Positions 1-10,730 of a stretch of DNA of 64,000 nt are shown piece after piece. Numbering within the stretch: the stretch's first letter is position 1; the number at the start of each line of letters is the position of its first letter. Source of the DNA: a virus; IMG/VR virus record IMGVR_UViG_3300046170_000301. One strand, written 5' to 3'. The notes beneath the pieces were generated by a model. That model was not told where the DNA came from, ran no database searches, and saw nothing but the letters and a program-made list of their open reading frames with translations. A program made the translations under genes and the position numbers.

Positions 1-269
1 GGATAAGGAACTTCGTAAATAGTCAAACATCCCCAAGGTTCTTTACCTCCTTTTGTAGTTGTTTTTGATATTCTATTCAATCTCCATTCCATTGTCCATT
101 TGGGAATAGGGTTATTCGGATGGAATCTTACCATAAAAATCCATATCTTGATGTTTACTACGAACATCTTTGATTGTAAATAAATCCATGCTCCCACATT
201 AGCATCTACTGCTATCATAAAAGCGATAACAGCAAATACTGTGAGAAGCATGTAATAATAAGTTGTCAT
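1..269 (-). CDS. hypothetical membrane protein, runs to the window edge; probable homopolymer indel near nt 62-66
   Basis: ATG at 269 reads MTTYYYMLLTVFAVIAFMIAVDANVGAWIYLQ...FHPNNPIPKW, with a hydrophobic N-terminus; not in the ORF track because it is open to the edge. Confidence 0.6.
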   Translation of the reverse strand, partial: MTTYYYMLLTVFAVIAFMIAVDANVGAWIYLQSKMFVVNIKIWIFMVRFHPNNPIPKWTMEWRLNRISKTTTKGGKEPWGCLTIYEVPY

Positions 270-270
270 G

Positions 271-528
271 TTAGAACCAAGAACCCTTTAAAGATTTATG
301 TGATTGTTTCATTGCTTTATAAAGTTTCTTGATTTCTTTATAAGCATCTTCTACTGCTAATTTATTACCTATTGACATACTAGTGAGGTAAGAAACATGA
401 TGAGAGAAGTTATTCAGATTATTAATTTGTGCCATTTCATAAAATGTCATGTCTGTATCCGAGTTGAGTGGTGGTTGTGGATACAGAAACTCTTCTTTCT
501 TTTGATGTGCTGTTTTAGATGTTGTCAT
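271..528 (-). CDS. hypothetical protein (85 aa)
   Basis: ORF tightly packed between neighbours; FSHHVSYLTSMSIGNKLAVEDAYKEIKKLYK resembles a common cyanophage hypothetical. Confidence 0.7.
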   Translation of the reverse strand: MTTSKTAHQKKEEFLYPQPPLNSDTDMTFYEMAQINNLNNFSHHVSYLTSMSIGNKLAVEDAYKEIKKLYKAMKQSHKSLKGSWF

Positions 529-734
529 TGAGGGAACTTCCTATCAAAGTATTTCATAGTCATCACACAAGCTTCAAACTTTTGAAAGTCTTCTTGCGAG
601 AAGTTATCTGAAGCATAAGGAATGCCAAAGATAGAAGCACATGCTTTATTGGCATTGAATGTTACGATTTCAGAACTTAGCGTCGGTGTCGTTGTGGCAA
701 CGAACAAGAATGGTAGTGCAAAGAGTGTTTTCAT
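525..734 (-). CDS. small hypothetical secreted/membrane protein
   Basis: ATG at 734 gives signal-peptide-like MKTLFALPFLFVATTTP; the longer start at 785 in the ORF track overlaps the helicase end. Confidence 0.6.
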   Translation of the reverse strand: MKTLFALPFLFVATTTPTLSSEIVTFNANKACASIFGIPYASDNFSQEDFQKFEACVMTMKYFDRKFPQ

Positions 735-781
735 AGGTTTGATTGCAACTAAACATAGTATAGGCACCCCTGTCAAGTTTT

Positions 782-2004
782 TCAACGGATGTCAATGGCG
801 GGTTCACCCTTGACGAAAATGGTGTTGACGACCTCTTCAAGACGACGCTGAGTTTTTCTTGCCATGATTCTTGAACACAGGGAACAGTGACGTAACCAGT
901 GGACTTACGATACAGTTCAAACTTACCAGCAGGAATCTTGCCATCAGCAATATCCTTGGCATCTTCTTTGTTAAGACGAATGACACGACCAATAGTTTGT
1001 GCCATCTCAACAATAGGAAGATTGCGAAAGTAGAATAGTGTGAGTCAGACCATGAACGTTGATACCTTCGGATAGAATGCTGTAGTGGAAGATGATGAAC
1101 TTACGATTGGGGTCTTTACCCCAAGCATTGAAAGTATCAAAGAAAGTTTCACGGTCAACTTTGGTGCGATTGATATAAGCACCATACTTACTGGTGATAT
1201 GAAGAACATCAAAACCACGCACAGCAAGGTCCTGGAGCACCCTGGTGCTCGACAGCATCTGCCAGAGCACTTTGCTACTGGGGGCGGGCGGACAAGCACC
1301 TTCTGGACGCTCTCAGCGTCCATCTCGTCAATCATATTAATGAGGTTGGTAGCGTCGTCGTCGGCAGCACTCATACCCTTCTGACGCTCGTAGTCAACTT
1401 CATGAATACAAATCGTAGGGAGGAAGAATGTTACCTTGCTCAACAAGTTCAGGAGCAGAAATATTAGCAACGACTTGACCGAAAATGAACTTGTTGTTCA
1501 TTCCAGTGACACGACGATGCTTTGCGTAGCAGTAAAGAAATAACGGTTCTTTGCTTCACATACACAAATAGTTTCAAAGAAATCTGTGCGAGTGCCATTA
1601 TGGGCTTCGTCAAAATAAATCACATCAACATTGATGCCAGATTGATTGACACGACGAAGCGAGTTATAAGTAGTAAAAATAAGTTTATGATTCTCGACAA
1701 TACTGCCCCAAGAAGCAATAACATGAGGTTTGGTTGTGCTATTGTGGTGCGTTTCTCCACTATGGACATGAAGAACATTGACATTATCAATGAACTCAAG
1801 AAACTCACTGGACAATTGCTCTGCCAGGAGAATACGAGGAGCACAAATGACAAATGTCATTGGAGTAGTGGATTCTTTCATGCGACGCATCGCATCAAAA
1901 ATCATCATATAAGTCTTGCCAGCACCAGTAGGAGCAATAATCTGACCATACTGATGATTTTGCATAGCATTGATACCTTGCTGTTGCTGGGGACGAAGTT
2001 GCAT
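782..2004 (-). CDS. superfamily 2 (DEAD/DEAH-box) helicase, broken by several single-base indels (sequencing error or pseudogene)
   Basis: Q motif LRPQQ, Walker A APTGAGKT, DEAH, motif V SEGIN and motif VI QTIGRVIR are spread over ORFs 1498-2004, 1045-1470, 1007-1270 and 670-1005; reconstructed end GEPAIDIR* at 782. Confidence 0.85.
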
Positions 2005-2028
2005 GACCTTTTGGTTGATTACAAAGAT

Positions 2029-2062
2029 AGTATTGCATTAAAAAAGGGGGCAGTCAACCCCC
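2029..2062 (-). promoter_or_regulatory. sigma70-like early promoter overlapping an intrinsic terminator
   Basis: minus strand GGGGG-TTGACTG-CCCCC-TTTTTT; TTGACT-N17-AATACT with TG extension, upstream of the helicase. Confidence 0.65.
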
Positions 2063-2080
2063 TATAAGTTACGCTTATGA

Positions 2081-2935
2081 TTAAAGCTCTCGGAATAAGT
2101 TATGCGTAACTATCCCAACAGTTCTATTTACTATTTTTTCATTCGCATCAATATCAAACTCTAAAGTAAAATATCTTTCGCCACTTAGATGTGATTGAAT
2201 GAAATCAGCATCATCTTGATTGATAATATTATTCTCAATCATATCTGTAATGATTTCTTGATGGTAGTCTTCATACTTTATTTTTTGAAGTCTTACCAAA
2301 TTCTTTTCATCTATACCTTTTCTAAATGTTCCATTAACAACTGGCAATTTGTATTTTAGTATAGATTTATAAGTTCTATTAGTGTTAAAAATAACAAAAT
2401 TATTATATCGTTTTTCTGTATTTTTAAATTCATTTATAAAATTAATATCACTATTGTCTTTAGTTTTATTGTATTCAACATCAAAAATACCAATACCAGT
2501 TACCTTACCAGCTCTATCAAATGTAATATCACTTAGATAGTTTGTTAATACATCCGTTTTTCTTATTTTTTCATCAATAATATATTTTAAACCCATCAAC
2601 TCATGAAGATTAGTAGATAATACAAAATCTTCCCAAAAACTTTGTTTTCTAAGATAATTATAATGTATTTTAGTTTTTACATCATAATTTAATACTTCGC
2701 TACCAAAATAAAAAGCACCGAAAAAAGTTTCTTTTTCACTAAATGGAATAGTTTTGTTATTAAATTTATAGTTTAATACATCTTTAAACTTGTTCTTTAA
2801 ATTTTCACTTAGTTCTGGTTTATATATATCATTTTGTATAGACGTAAATTCCGAGAATATATTTTCATATGTTCCAATGTATTCCTTGGAATTTAAATCA
2901 TATTTTTCTATAGCATAAAATTTTTCGGAAAACAT
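2081..2935 (-). CDS. hypothetical protein (284 aa, AT-rich)
   Basis: long ORF at the end of the oxygenase operon; no recognised motif. Confidence 0.75.
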   Translation of the reverse strand: MFSEKFYAIEKYDLNSKEYIGTYENIFSEFTSIQNDIYKPELSENLKNKFKDVLNYKFNNKTIPFSEKETFFGAFYFGSEVLNYDVKTKIHYNYLRKQSFWEDFVLSTNLHELMGLKYIIDEKIRKTDVLTNYLSDITFDRAGKVTGIGIFDVEYNKTKDNSDINFINEFKNTEKRYNNFVIFNTNRTYKSILKYKLPVVNGTFRKGIDEKNLVRLQKIKYEDYHQEIITDMIENNIINQDDADFIQSHLSGERYFTLEFDIDANEKIVNRTVGIVTHNLFREL

Positions 2936-2936
2936 C

Positions 2937-3281
2937 TTAGTTACTTGCTATTACTTGACCTGAAGGATTATAAATTGAGAAATGAATATAAAACTCTTTT
3001 TCGCAAGATTCTTGGTCTTCAGGAAGAACATCATCAAAAAATTTCATTGCTTGCTCAGTATCATCAAGAGTAACAAAAACAAACTCCGATTGTGTCAATG
3101 TGGTAAAAATATCAAGAGGAAGAATCTGTTTATATACTTCCATTGATTCGTTAATTTTATCTACATCTGTGCTATTATTCCACCCATACGAACGAAGATA
3201 TACTACACATTTTTGTTGTGATTTAGCATATTCTTCAATCATATCTTCAAAATATGTGCATTCATATTCTGCGTTTATCAT
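2937..3281 (-). CDS. hypothetical protein (114 aa)
   Basis: ORF abutting neighbours with 1-nt gaps. Confidence 0.75.
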   Translation of the reverse strand: MINAEYECTYFEDMIEEYAKSQQKCVVYLRSYGWNNSTDVDKINESMEVYKQILPLDIFTTLTQSEFVFVTLDDTEQAMKFFDDVLPEDQESCEKEFYIHFSIYNPSGQVIASN

Positions 3282-3282
3282 T

Positions 3283-3816
3283 TTATTTCTCCAGTAATAA
3301 TTTCCAAGCTATTGTTATACGCAAACCAGTAAAAAGTCTAGAAGTTTCTTCGGCATAATGCCAAATCCTCCCCGGAAACAAAACTGCACAGTTTGCTTTT
3401 GGTAATTTACAATAATATTTATCTCTATCCAAAATAAAAGTAGTTTTACCTTGCCACTCTAAATCCCACGAAGAGTTTGGATAATATAAAAATGTGTATC
3501 CTGTTTCGTCATACCAGTCTTGATGTGGTCTTCCTTTTGTTCCATAAGTATGACCATTTGCATAAACAGAATTTAATGAAAACTTTTTATCTGTTAATAA
3601 ATTAATTTTTTCTAGCAAAACATTAGTAAAAAATATATCATCATTTAAGTCCATAATCCAAAAAGGTGGAGACCCTTGATAATTTTTATTTTTTTTATCC
3701 GAACCATGACCATAACGCCACCTTGCTCCAGATAAAATATTCAAAATTTTGCGATAATCATTTTCATTGAATACATCAACATAAGATATGATATCACTTT
3801 CATTAAACGTCTCCAT
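3283..3816 (-). CDS. 2OG-Fe(II) oxygenase
   Basis: HxD (PHQD), distal H (WHYAE) and 2OG-binding R (LRITIAWK). Confidence 0.85.
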   Translation of the reverse strand: METFNESDIISYVDVFNENDYRKILNILSGARWRYGHGSDKKNKNYQGSPPFWIMDLNDDIFFTNVLLEKINLLTDKKFSLNSVYANGHTYGTKGRPHQDWYDETGYTFLYYPNSSWDLEWQGKTTFILDRDKYYCKLPKANCAVLFPGRIWHYAEETSRLFTGLRITIAWKLLLEK

Positions 3817-4462
3817 ATTCCCTCATTAAATTAATTCTGCTTTGCTCAAGTTCTTTGTATTTTTGTTTAATATCTGTATTATCATGCTTGCATAGATATG
3901 TAATTATTTTTGCAAGTTGCACACAATGTTCTCTAATAATTTTATCTTTAAATATACTTTGAGCCCAAAATAAAATTACATCACGCTGCCCCTTCTCTAC
4001 AATATTTACTTTATGAACTGTTCCAGTATCATATAAAATTGCTTTCCCTGCGGGTAATTTAATGGGCGTCTCTACATCTCCTTGTTTTAATACAAGTTCC
4101 CCCCCTTCATATTCATCTGGATTATTTAAAAACAAAGTCATACTATAATCAGTCCTAAGTCCATTCATCTGTAATTCATCTACATGATAATCATAAAACA
4201 TACCATCACAATAACGAACTGGATATGGTATTGTTAAATCCTTAAATGCATATGTTGTACTGAATATATTTTTTTGTGCTAATATTGAAGAAAAATATTC
4301 ATATATTTCTTTATAAGATTCATGATTTAAGTCTGCCGATAAAGAATGTTTGATTTTTTTATTTAACCCCTGCTTTGTTTCTCCTGGAATAAATTTAATA
4401 TTATCAAATAATCTATTCGCTTCTTTTAACTGAGCATCATCTAAAACATCAATAATATGCAT
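3803..4462 (-). CDS. PKHD-type (PiuC/YbiX-like) Fe(II)/2OG hydroxylase
   Basis: YHVD...RTDYSMTLFLNNPDEYEGGELV...HKVNIVEKGQR...WAQS matches the PKHD-type pattern. Confidence 0.85.
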   Translation of the reverse strand: MHIIDVLDDAQLKEANRLFDNIKFIPGETKQGLNKKIKHSLSADLNHESYKEIYEYFSSILAQKNIFSTTYAFKDLTIPYPVRYCDGMFYDYHVDELQMNGLRTDYSMTLFLNNPDEYEGGELVLKQGDVETPIKLPAGKAILYDTGTVHKVNIVEKGQRDVILFWAQSIFKDKIIREHCVQLAKIITYLCKHDNTDIKQKYKELEQSRINLMREYGDV

Positions 4463-4463
4463 T

Positions 4464-5360
4464 TTACTCCTCTTTTATAAGAAATTTGGTTATATCAAAA
4501 TCTGGATTTGTTTCGTGAACATCCATAGATTTAATTATATCATAAACTTCTTTCTTCACTTCTTGGAACTGATTTATGTAATCTTTATTATGATTCAATA
4601 TATTATCAACTCTGTTATTAATAAAATCAATAGAAGCCTCTGCATCGTGTTTTACCCACTGGTCTTCTGTTTCTAAATATCCAACTTCATTGTTAGGATA
4701 TTTTCTTCTGTATATTGTTGGGTCAATTGGAAATTTTACGTTGTAAATATATTTTGCAAATTCTAAATTAGAAGAAAAATCATCTGGATTCTTAATAGTA
4801 TTATTTCTTAATTCTCTTCTCCATCGTATCCACATTTCCTTTTCCCCATCATATTTTTCTTCAACGTCTGGAAGAACTCTCCAATCAGATTCTGCCAATA
4901 AAAGATTTCTTTCACGTTTTTTCTTAATATATCTTTTTTGGAAGAAAAGATTTTGCTCTTCAATTTTTTCTACTTTTTTAAGAACTGCTAAACTTTTAAA
5001 CTCGGTGCTTACAATTCTTAAAGCAGAAATTGCATCAACTAAATGATTACATTGCTCTTTAGTTGCTCCTTTAAAATTATAAGTTTCCCAACTGTTAGTT
5101 TTGGTTTTAAAATCATATTTTAATTTTTTTCTTTGGCATAAGTATTCTTCAGTATTAAAATAAATAAACACCTCTAATTGGTCTTTTTCATTGTGCCAAA
5201 AACTACCAACAGAATTTAAAAACTTATCTAATAATTCATCACTTACAGATATACGGTATGGTGTTGGTAATATAGTATCATCATCAATACGATTAAAGAA
5301 TATAACATATCTGTTAATCAAGTCAAATTCTAATATTTGGTGCTTGGTAGTTATTTCCAT
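4464..5360 (-). CDS. protein with a tail fibre assembly chaperone-like domain
   Basis: RERNLLLAESDWRVLPD...WRRELR, the RNxLLxxSDW motif of tail assembly chaperones. Confidence 0.65.
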   Translation of the reverse strand: MEITTKHQILEFDLINRYVIFFNRIDDDTILPTPYRISVSDELLDKFLNSVGSFWHNEKDQLEVFIYFNTEEYLCQRKKLKYDFKTKTNSWETYNFKGATKEQCNHLVDAISALRIVSTEFKSLAVLKKVEKIEEQNLFFQKRYIKKKRERNLLLAESDWRVLPDVEEKYDGEKEMWIRWRRELRNNTIKNPDDFSSNLEFAKYIYNVKFPIDPTIYRRKYPNNEVGYLETEDQWVKHDAEASIDFINNRVDNILNHNKDYINQFQEVKKEVYDIIKSMDVHETNPDFDITKFLIKEE

Positions 5361-6022
5361 TATTTGTCTACTTTAATGTACCATCCCGTCAGTATATATT
5401 TATCTGTAGTTAATACTGTATTTCCTTTATGAACATGCGTCATTCCCGCAGGAAAAACCACAATCGTACCAGTTTTTGGTTGATACCTTTTTCTTTGATA
5501 AAGAAATTCGGTTTCCCCTTCTCCATTTGGTACATCATTTAAGTAAATCATCCAAGTCAATTCTCTTTGAGCATGAGAAGCAGACGCATTTTCATAATGC
5601 CACAAATGATATCCGCCCCCTGGAGAAGTTTTTTGCATTTTAATATCACTAGAAAATAATCTCAAGTGTTTTAATTGATTAAATTCATGAATATAATGTG
5701 ACACGCAAGAATACAAAAATTGGTTTATTTGATATGTAAATTTTTGATTCGTGTAATTCATCAAAATAGATATATCTTTTCTATTTAAAGAACCATTATA
5801 CTGGGTTTCTCCAAACATAACGCTTGTATCTTCATATTCTGAAAATTCATTTTCAACAATAGAAACTTTATTATTCACCACATCTTCAAAATATTTTATT
5901 ATTGTTTCACAAAATGGAGCAGGGACAAAAGAATCCCAAACTCCAATGAAATCGTTACACTCAAATTTTGTTAGTTTTGGGTCTAACATCAATTCAAGTG
6001 GTCTATATGGTTGTATTGTCAT
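5360..6022 (-). CDS. 2OG-Fe(II) oxygenase (prolyl-4-hydroxylase-like)
   Basis: GGGYHLWHYE...WMIYLNDV...GETEF...THVHKGN...KYILTGW. Confidence 0.85.
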   Translation of the reverse strand: MTIQPYRPLELMLDPKLTKFECNDFIGVWDSFVPAPFCETIIKYFEDVVNNKVSIVENEFSEYEDTSVMFGETQYNGSLNRKDISILMNYTNQKFTYQINQFLYSCVSHYIHEFNQLKHLRLFSSDIKMQKTSPGGGYHLWHYENASASHAQRELTWMIYLNDVPNGEGETEFLYQRKRYQPKTGTIVVFPAGMTHVHKGNTVLTTDKYILTGWYIKVDK

Positions 6023-6027
6023 AATTT

Positions 6028-8935
6028 TTAATATGCCTTTATTATATATTTTACTTTATGAAATTCATTTATGATTGGAACTGTTCTTTGAGGTTCCATA
6101 TAGAACGTAGGAGAAGGTCTTTTGGAATTACTAAATGTAAACTCAGCTTCATTTAATCCAACAAGAACTTCTGCTTGATTAAATTCAATTTGAATAGAGT
6201 CAGAATATCCACCAAGACCGAACGCTTGTCCAGTTCCAGACACATTTCCATAAGTAAAATCTTGATTTATATCTGTGTACTGAGTAAGTCCTAATACATG
6301 ACTATGAGATTTCAAACTTCCAGGAGATGTATATGTAGATATTGTACATGAAATATCTCTAGTGTCAATTACACCCGCACTCTGTCTTCTTCCCCCATCT
6401 ATGCTGTCAACATTTTCATGTTCAGATAAAGTTAATTGAGAAAAATCAGAATACCAATAATTACCAAATTGCTGTATTGTAGATCCTTCGGCAGAAGGAT
6501 AACTAACTTGGTCCGCTGTAAGTCCTGTTAATTGAACTTCGCCAAGAAAATCTCCACGTGGAGATGCAGTAAGATAAGATTCAAATGTTCCTCGAATCCA
6601 ATCAGGAACTCCTGGAGATTCGTCAACGTCAAGACCAGAAAACGGTCCATCACTAAATGTTTCTGCAGTGTGGTAATAAGCTCTAGATGACCAAGGAATT
6701 ACTCCATCACCACCATCAGCTTCTACTGCACTGGTAAAAAATTGATGGTCATGTGGAGGAACATTAACAAAAACTTCTGTTACCCCAGCAATAGTAGCAT
6801 CAACTTTGGAAGATGCCGCTATTTCAAAATTAGCTTCACCTTCAATATTTTCAGTACCAAAAGTTCTGATAGTTCCGAGAGTAAAGAAATCACTAGTAGT
6901 TCCAGTATTTACACTAGCGCTAGGAGCAGTTACTTGCTGAAATGGGTCATCACCAGAAACATCTACTTTATCAACATACCACCATCCACCAGTTTCGCCA
7001 ACTTGAGCATTAGAACCACCAGAGGATACTGGTAAGAATGTAGAAGACCCAGAATTTCCATCAACGACACCAGTTCCACATACTCTTTTATTTCTATAAT
7101 CAGGAACATTAAATGTAGTTGTTACTCCTTGTTGGTCAGTAACTCCTGCATTATAAGCAGTTCCTCCATAAGTATTACTGATAATGGCGTGTAAAAATCT
7201 ATATTGGAAAGTATTTAAAGATCTACCATCACATTCTATAAACCCAGGGAATCTAGTTTCAATAGTTCCATAACTATTTGTAGATTCCTTTAAAACTTGA
7301 AGAACTGTTCCAATAGCATATCCCTCATACTTATCATTCTTCTTACTATACCATGTTCCAACAATATTTGATATAACTAGAGCAGAAACAGCAGTTTGAA
7401 CACTCCAAGTAAATGGTGTTGCGGTTCCAAAAGTAACTTCTGTAGATTTAGCAGGAGACCCATAACTATTATTTGTAAGAAGTGTTATAGAAACAAAACT
7501 ATTCACAGAAGGGTCAAATGTTCTCGGTCCTGCTACAGGAGCATCAGAATCTATAGAAATTAATGCTCCATTTGTTGCTGTTAATTCTATCGGAGTATTT
7601 ACAGCAGTTAACTCTATAAGTGAACTAGAGACGTATTCATTAGCATTTTGTCCAGTTAGATTTGGTGGCTGCGAAAATACTGGAGTTGTAATTGGTGGTC
7701 CAGCAGTCTGAATAGTCCAAGTTCCAATAGTTCTTGTTCCAACTTGAATTTGTGTTTCTACAGTTCCATTTTCTGTAGCAGAAGATGTATTATAAAGATA
7801 AATTACATCGCCATTATCTACAAATACATTTGAAAAACTTCCAATAGACCCAGAAGAACCTATTTTTATTTGGGGAGTGGTTCCAGCTGTAGCAGAAACT
7901 AATGTAACTGGAACTGGTTCATCAATTCCACTGATTGAGGTGGGATTTCCAGTAGAAGGGTCTCTCATTACAGCTTCTACTAGTGTAGAAGGTTCGATGC
8001 CAGTTACATCACTGAATATAAATTGGTCTGGTTCTTTGCTGGGTCCACTATTTGTTCTTACTTGCCAAGAAGTCTATACCAGTACCATCACCAATAGAAA
8101 GACTTACTACTATTGGGTCGTTTGGTGTACTAGAAGAAGTTACCCGCAACTGTAGATATTGTCCATTTGATATATTTCCAGTTGTTCCAAAAGTAGCACC
8201 ATTTAAAACATTATATCCATTTGAATTTTCTGTTGTAGCATTTGAAGAAGAAATAACAAATTCTGGAGTAACACCAACAGTAGTAGTAGAAAGAGATACA
8301 GCAGCAGAAGAATTTAATCCAAGAATTTGAACTGGTTCACTATAAACCATTGTATCTAATTCCTCGGAATTTTTATCTTCAAAACTTGGTGTTGGTGATG
8401 GAACATTTACCGCTATTTGTTTTGTAGTAATTTTCCATGTGCCACTAGTAGTTCCAACATTGACTACTACCTTTGTTTCTGCTGCATTACTAGTTTGAGA
8501 TTTCGCAAAAATATTAAAAGTGTCCCCATTTTTAACTGTTTGAGACCCGTCTGTTAGGATATAGTTGGGAGAATCGTTTATTTTTATTCCATAATTGTTT
8601 ACATTTTTTACAAGATTTGCTGTTATAGTAATTGGAACTTCAAGATTTTCTGTTAATCCAGATACAGTAATTACATCTTCATTTGTTCTAGTTCCATCAG
8701 CATAATAATATGCAGTATCTAATTCAGCATTAGATATACTCCTAAATGTAAAAGTATCCGCACCAAAATCTGCTGGGGGGACAGAAATTGCCCAGGTAAA
8801 AGAAGCCTCACCAATATAAATCGTTACTGTTTCCGTTAATCCATATAAAGATGGCGCTCTATATTCAAATATAAGTTGGTCGCCAACATCTACATAAACA
8901 GGACCATCTGCATTTGGTCTAAACGTATAAGCCAT
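6028..8935 (-). CDS. tail fibre protein with tail-collar domain; one frameshift near 8070
   Basis: ORFs 8048-8935 and 6028-7968 join by removing one base (GIDSWQVRTNSGPSKEPDQFIFSDV); collar motif PGFIECDGRSL...FNVPDYR; C-terminal KYIIKAY. Confidence 0.75.
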
Positions 8936-8965
8936 TCAGAATATTACTATATCCTAAAGTATTTA

Positions 8966-10678
8966 TTATTGCTTTTCACGAATGTTTAACCATGTGGTGC
9001 CACCATCTATACTGACTTTTATGGGAGAATTAGCTTTAACTTCTACTGGAATATCTACACCTTGTATTTCTAAATCAGTATTGGGAAATGCGTCTGGGTC
9101 TGGAGTATAAACTGGTTCTTCATTTTGTTCACCTTCTGTTCCTGGAATAATTAAATTATCTGGAGATAAATCTATATTTACATCAACAGTTTTAGTGACA
9201 GATTCTGCTCCACCACTACCCTCCACTTCTACAGTATAACTAATTTGGAAAGGTCCATCATTATTATATACAGGCGAAAGAAGAATAGTGTCTTCAACCA
9301 AAGAACCATCAACACCAAACTCAGCAGAGGAGGATAATGGTGTTAAGTCAACAGTATCACCATTAACAACTGTAAACCCATCATTATTAGCATTTCTATA
9401 TCTATATTGAGGTGTTACTTTAGCACTAATATTAGCATATTCGTATTCATATTGTAAAGTCACATCTTCACCATAATTCACATCTACAGGAAAACTAATG
9501 TCTACTGTTGGTTTTTGAAATACTCTAACTAAAAAACTATCAGAAGCACTTCCACCAAGTCCACTAGTAGTTGCTGTATATGTAGTAGAAATTGAAGGAG
9601 AAACAGTAATGCTTCCATTGTTCGGGACACTACCAATTCCATTATCTATACTAGTAGTATCAGCATCTCCAGAAATAACCCAATCTAAATCAATACTTTC
9701 GCCAACAATAATCGCCGCTTCATTTGGAACAACTCTACCAGAATATAAATTTATTCCAGCTTGTATTATGTAATATAAAGTAATATAACCACTAGAACCA
9801 TTATCTGCCCTCGATGCTCCTCTTGCGCCACCAGAACCAACAACAGTTCTATAAGAAGAACCTGGATTATATCCAGCTAATATTAAAGTTTCTCTGGAAA
9901 TAGTTTCTGTTTCTATTTTACCACCAGACCCTCCACCAGCGCCACGCAAAGCACTTCTTTGACCACTAGTAGTTACAGTAAAAGACCTAATGTAACTGTT
10001 GCTACTAACTCTACAAAAATAAACTCTAAAACTGCTACTAGTTTTATCACTACTTCCAGCATAAATAAACGGACCATCTGTGCTTCCGCCAGCAGCTTGA
10101 TTAGCAAAACTATTCATTGTAATAGTATATGAACTATTATCATATGGAACATCCAATGCTACTCTATATCTTTTATAACTACTACTCGTACCGCAAGGCA
10201 ATCCATCCGCTGCGTTTTTATTTTCAAAATCTACACTAATTCCAGCACTAGTAGATGTAAATGTATGAACATTATTATCATTATCAAATATATGGTTTAC
10301 AGATGCTGTAAAAGAACCAGTTGCATTTGAACCATCACCGCCGCTTCCTTTATTATTATATCCAGAACCACCAGAATTTACACTTCCGTTATTACCAGTA
10401 GACCCAGAAACTGTTATTCCATAAGTAGAAGACCACCCAGCGTTATCTTCAAATCCGCCGCCAGTTCCTCCCGTTTTATTAGAACCACGACCGCCACCTT
10501 CTGCAATTAATCCCATAAAAGAACTATCGCCACCAGCAGTTCCAGGACTTCCAACTCCACTGGTAGTATTAATGCTTTCGCCACCACCACCAGCACCCCA
10601 TAAAGTAATTTTCATTGAATACACATCGCTAGGTATAGTTACATTTTGCGTAGATGTAATGTTATTAGTTACAGGCAT
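8966..10678 (-). CDS. glycine-rich tail fibre / virion structural protein
   Basis: ITLWGAGGGG, GGDSSF and GAGGGSGG glycine-rich domain; Ser/Thr-rich beta repeats; tail operon context. Confidence 0.7.
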   Translation of the reverse strand: MPVTNNITSTQNVTIPSDVYSMKITLWGAGGGGESINTTSGVGSPGTAGGDSSFMGLIAEGGGRGSNKTGGTGGGFEDNAGWSSTYGITVSGSTGNNGSVNSGGSGYNNKGSGGDGSNATGSFTASVNHIFDNDNNVHTFTSTSAGISVDFENKNAADGLPCGTSSSYKRYRVALDVPYDNSSYTITMNSFANQAAGGSTDGPFIYAGSSDKTSSSFRVYFCRVSSNSYIRSFTVTTSGQRSALRGAGGGSGGKIETETISRETLILAGYNPGSSYRTVVGSGGARGASRADNGSSGYITLYYIIQAGINLYSGRVVPNEAAIIVGESIDLDWVISGDADTTSIDNGIGSVPNNGSITVSPSISTTYTATTSGLGGSASDSFLVRVFQKPTVDISFPVDVNYGEDVTLQYEYEYANISAKVTPQYRYRNANNDGFTVVNGDTVDLTPLSSSAEFGVDGSLVEDTILLSPVYNNDGPFQISYTVEVEGSGGAESVTKTVDVNIDLSPDNLIIPGTEGEQNEEPVYTPDPDAFPNTDLEIQGVDIPVEVKANSPIKVSIDGGTTWLNIREKQ

Positions 10679-10730
10679 TTAATTTTTCTCCCTAACATTT
10701 GACTTTGTACTATTATAATACTGTGACATT

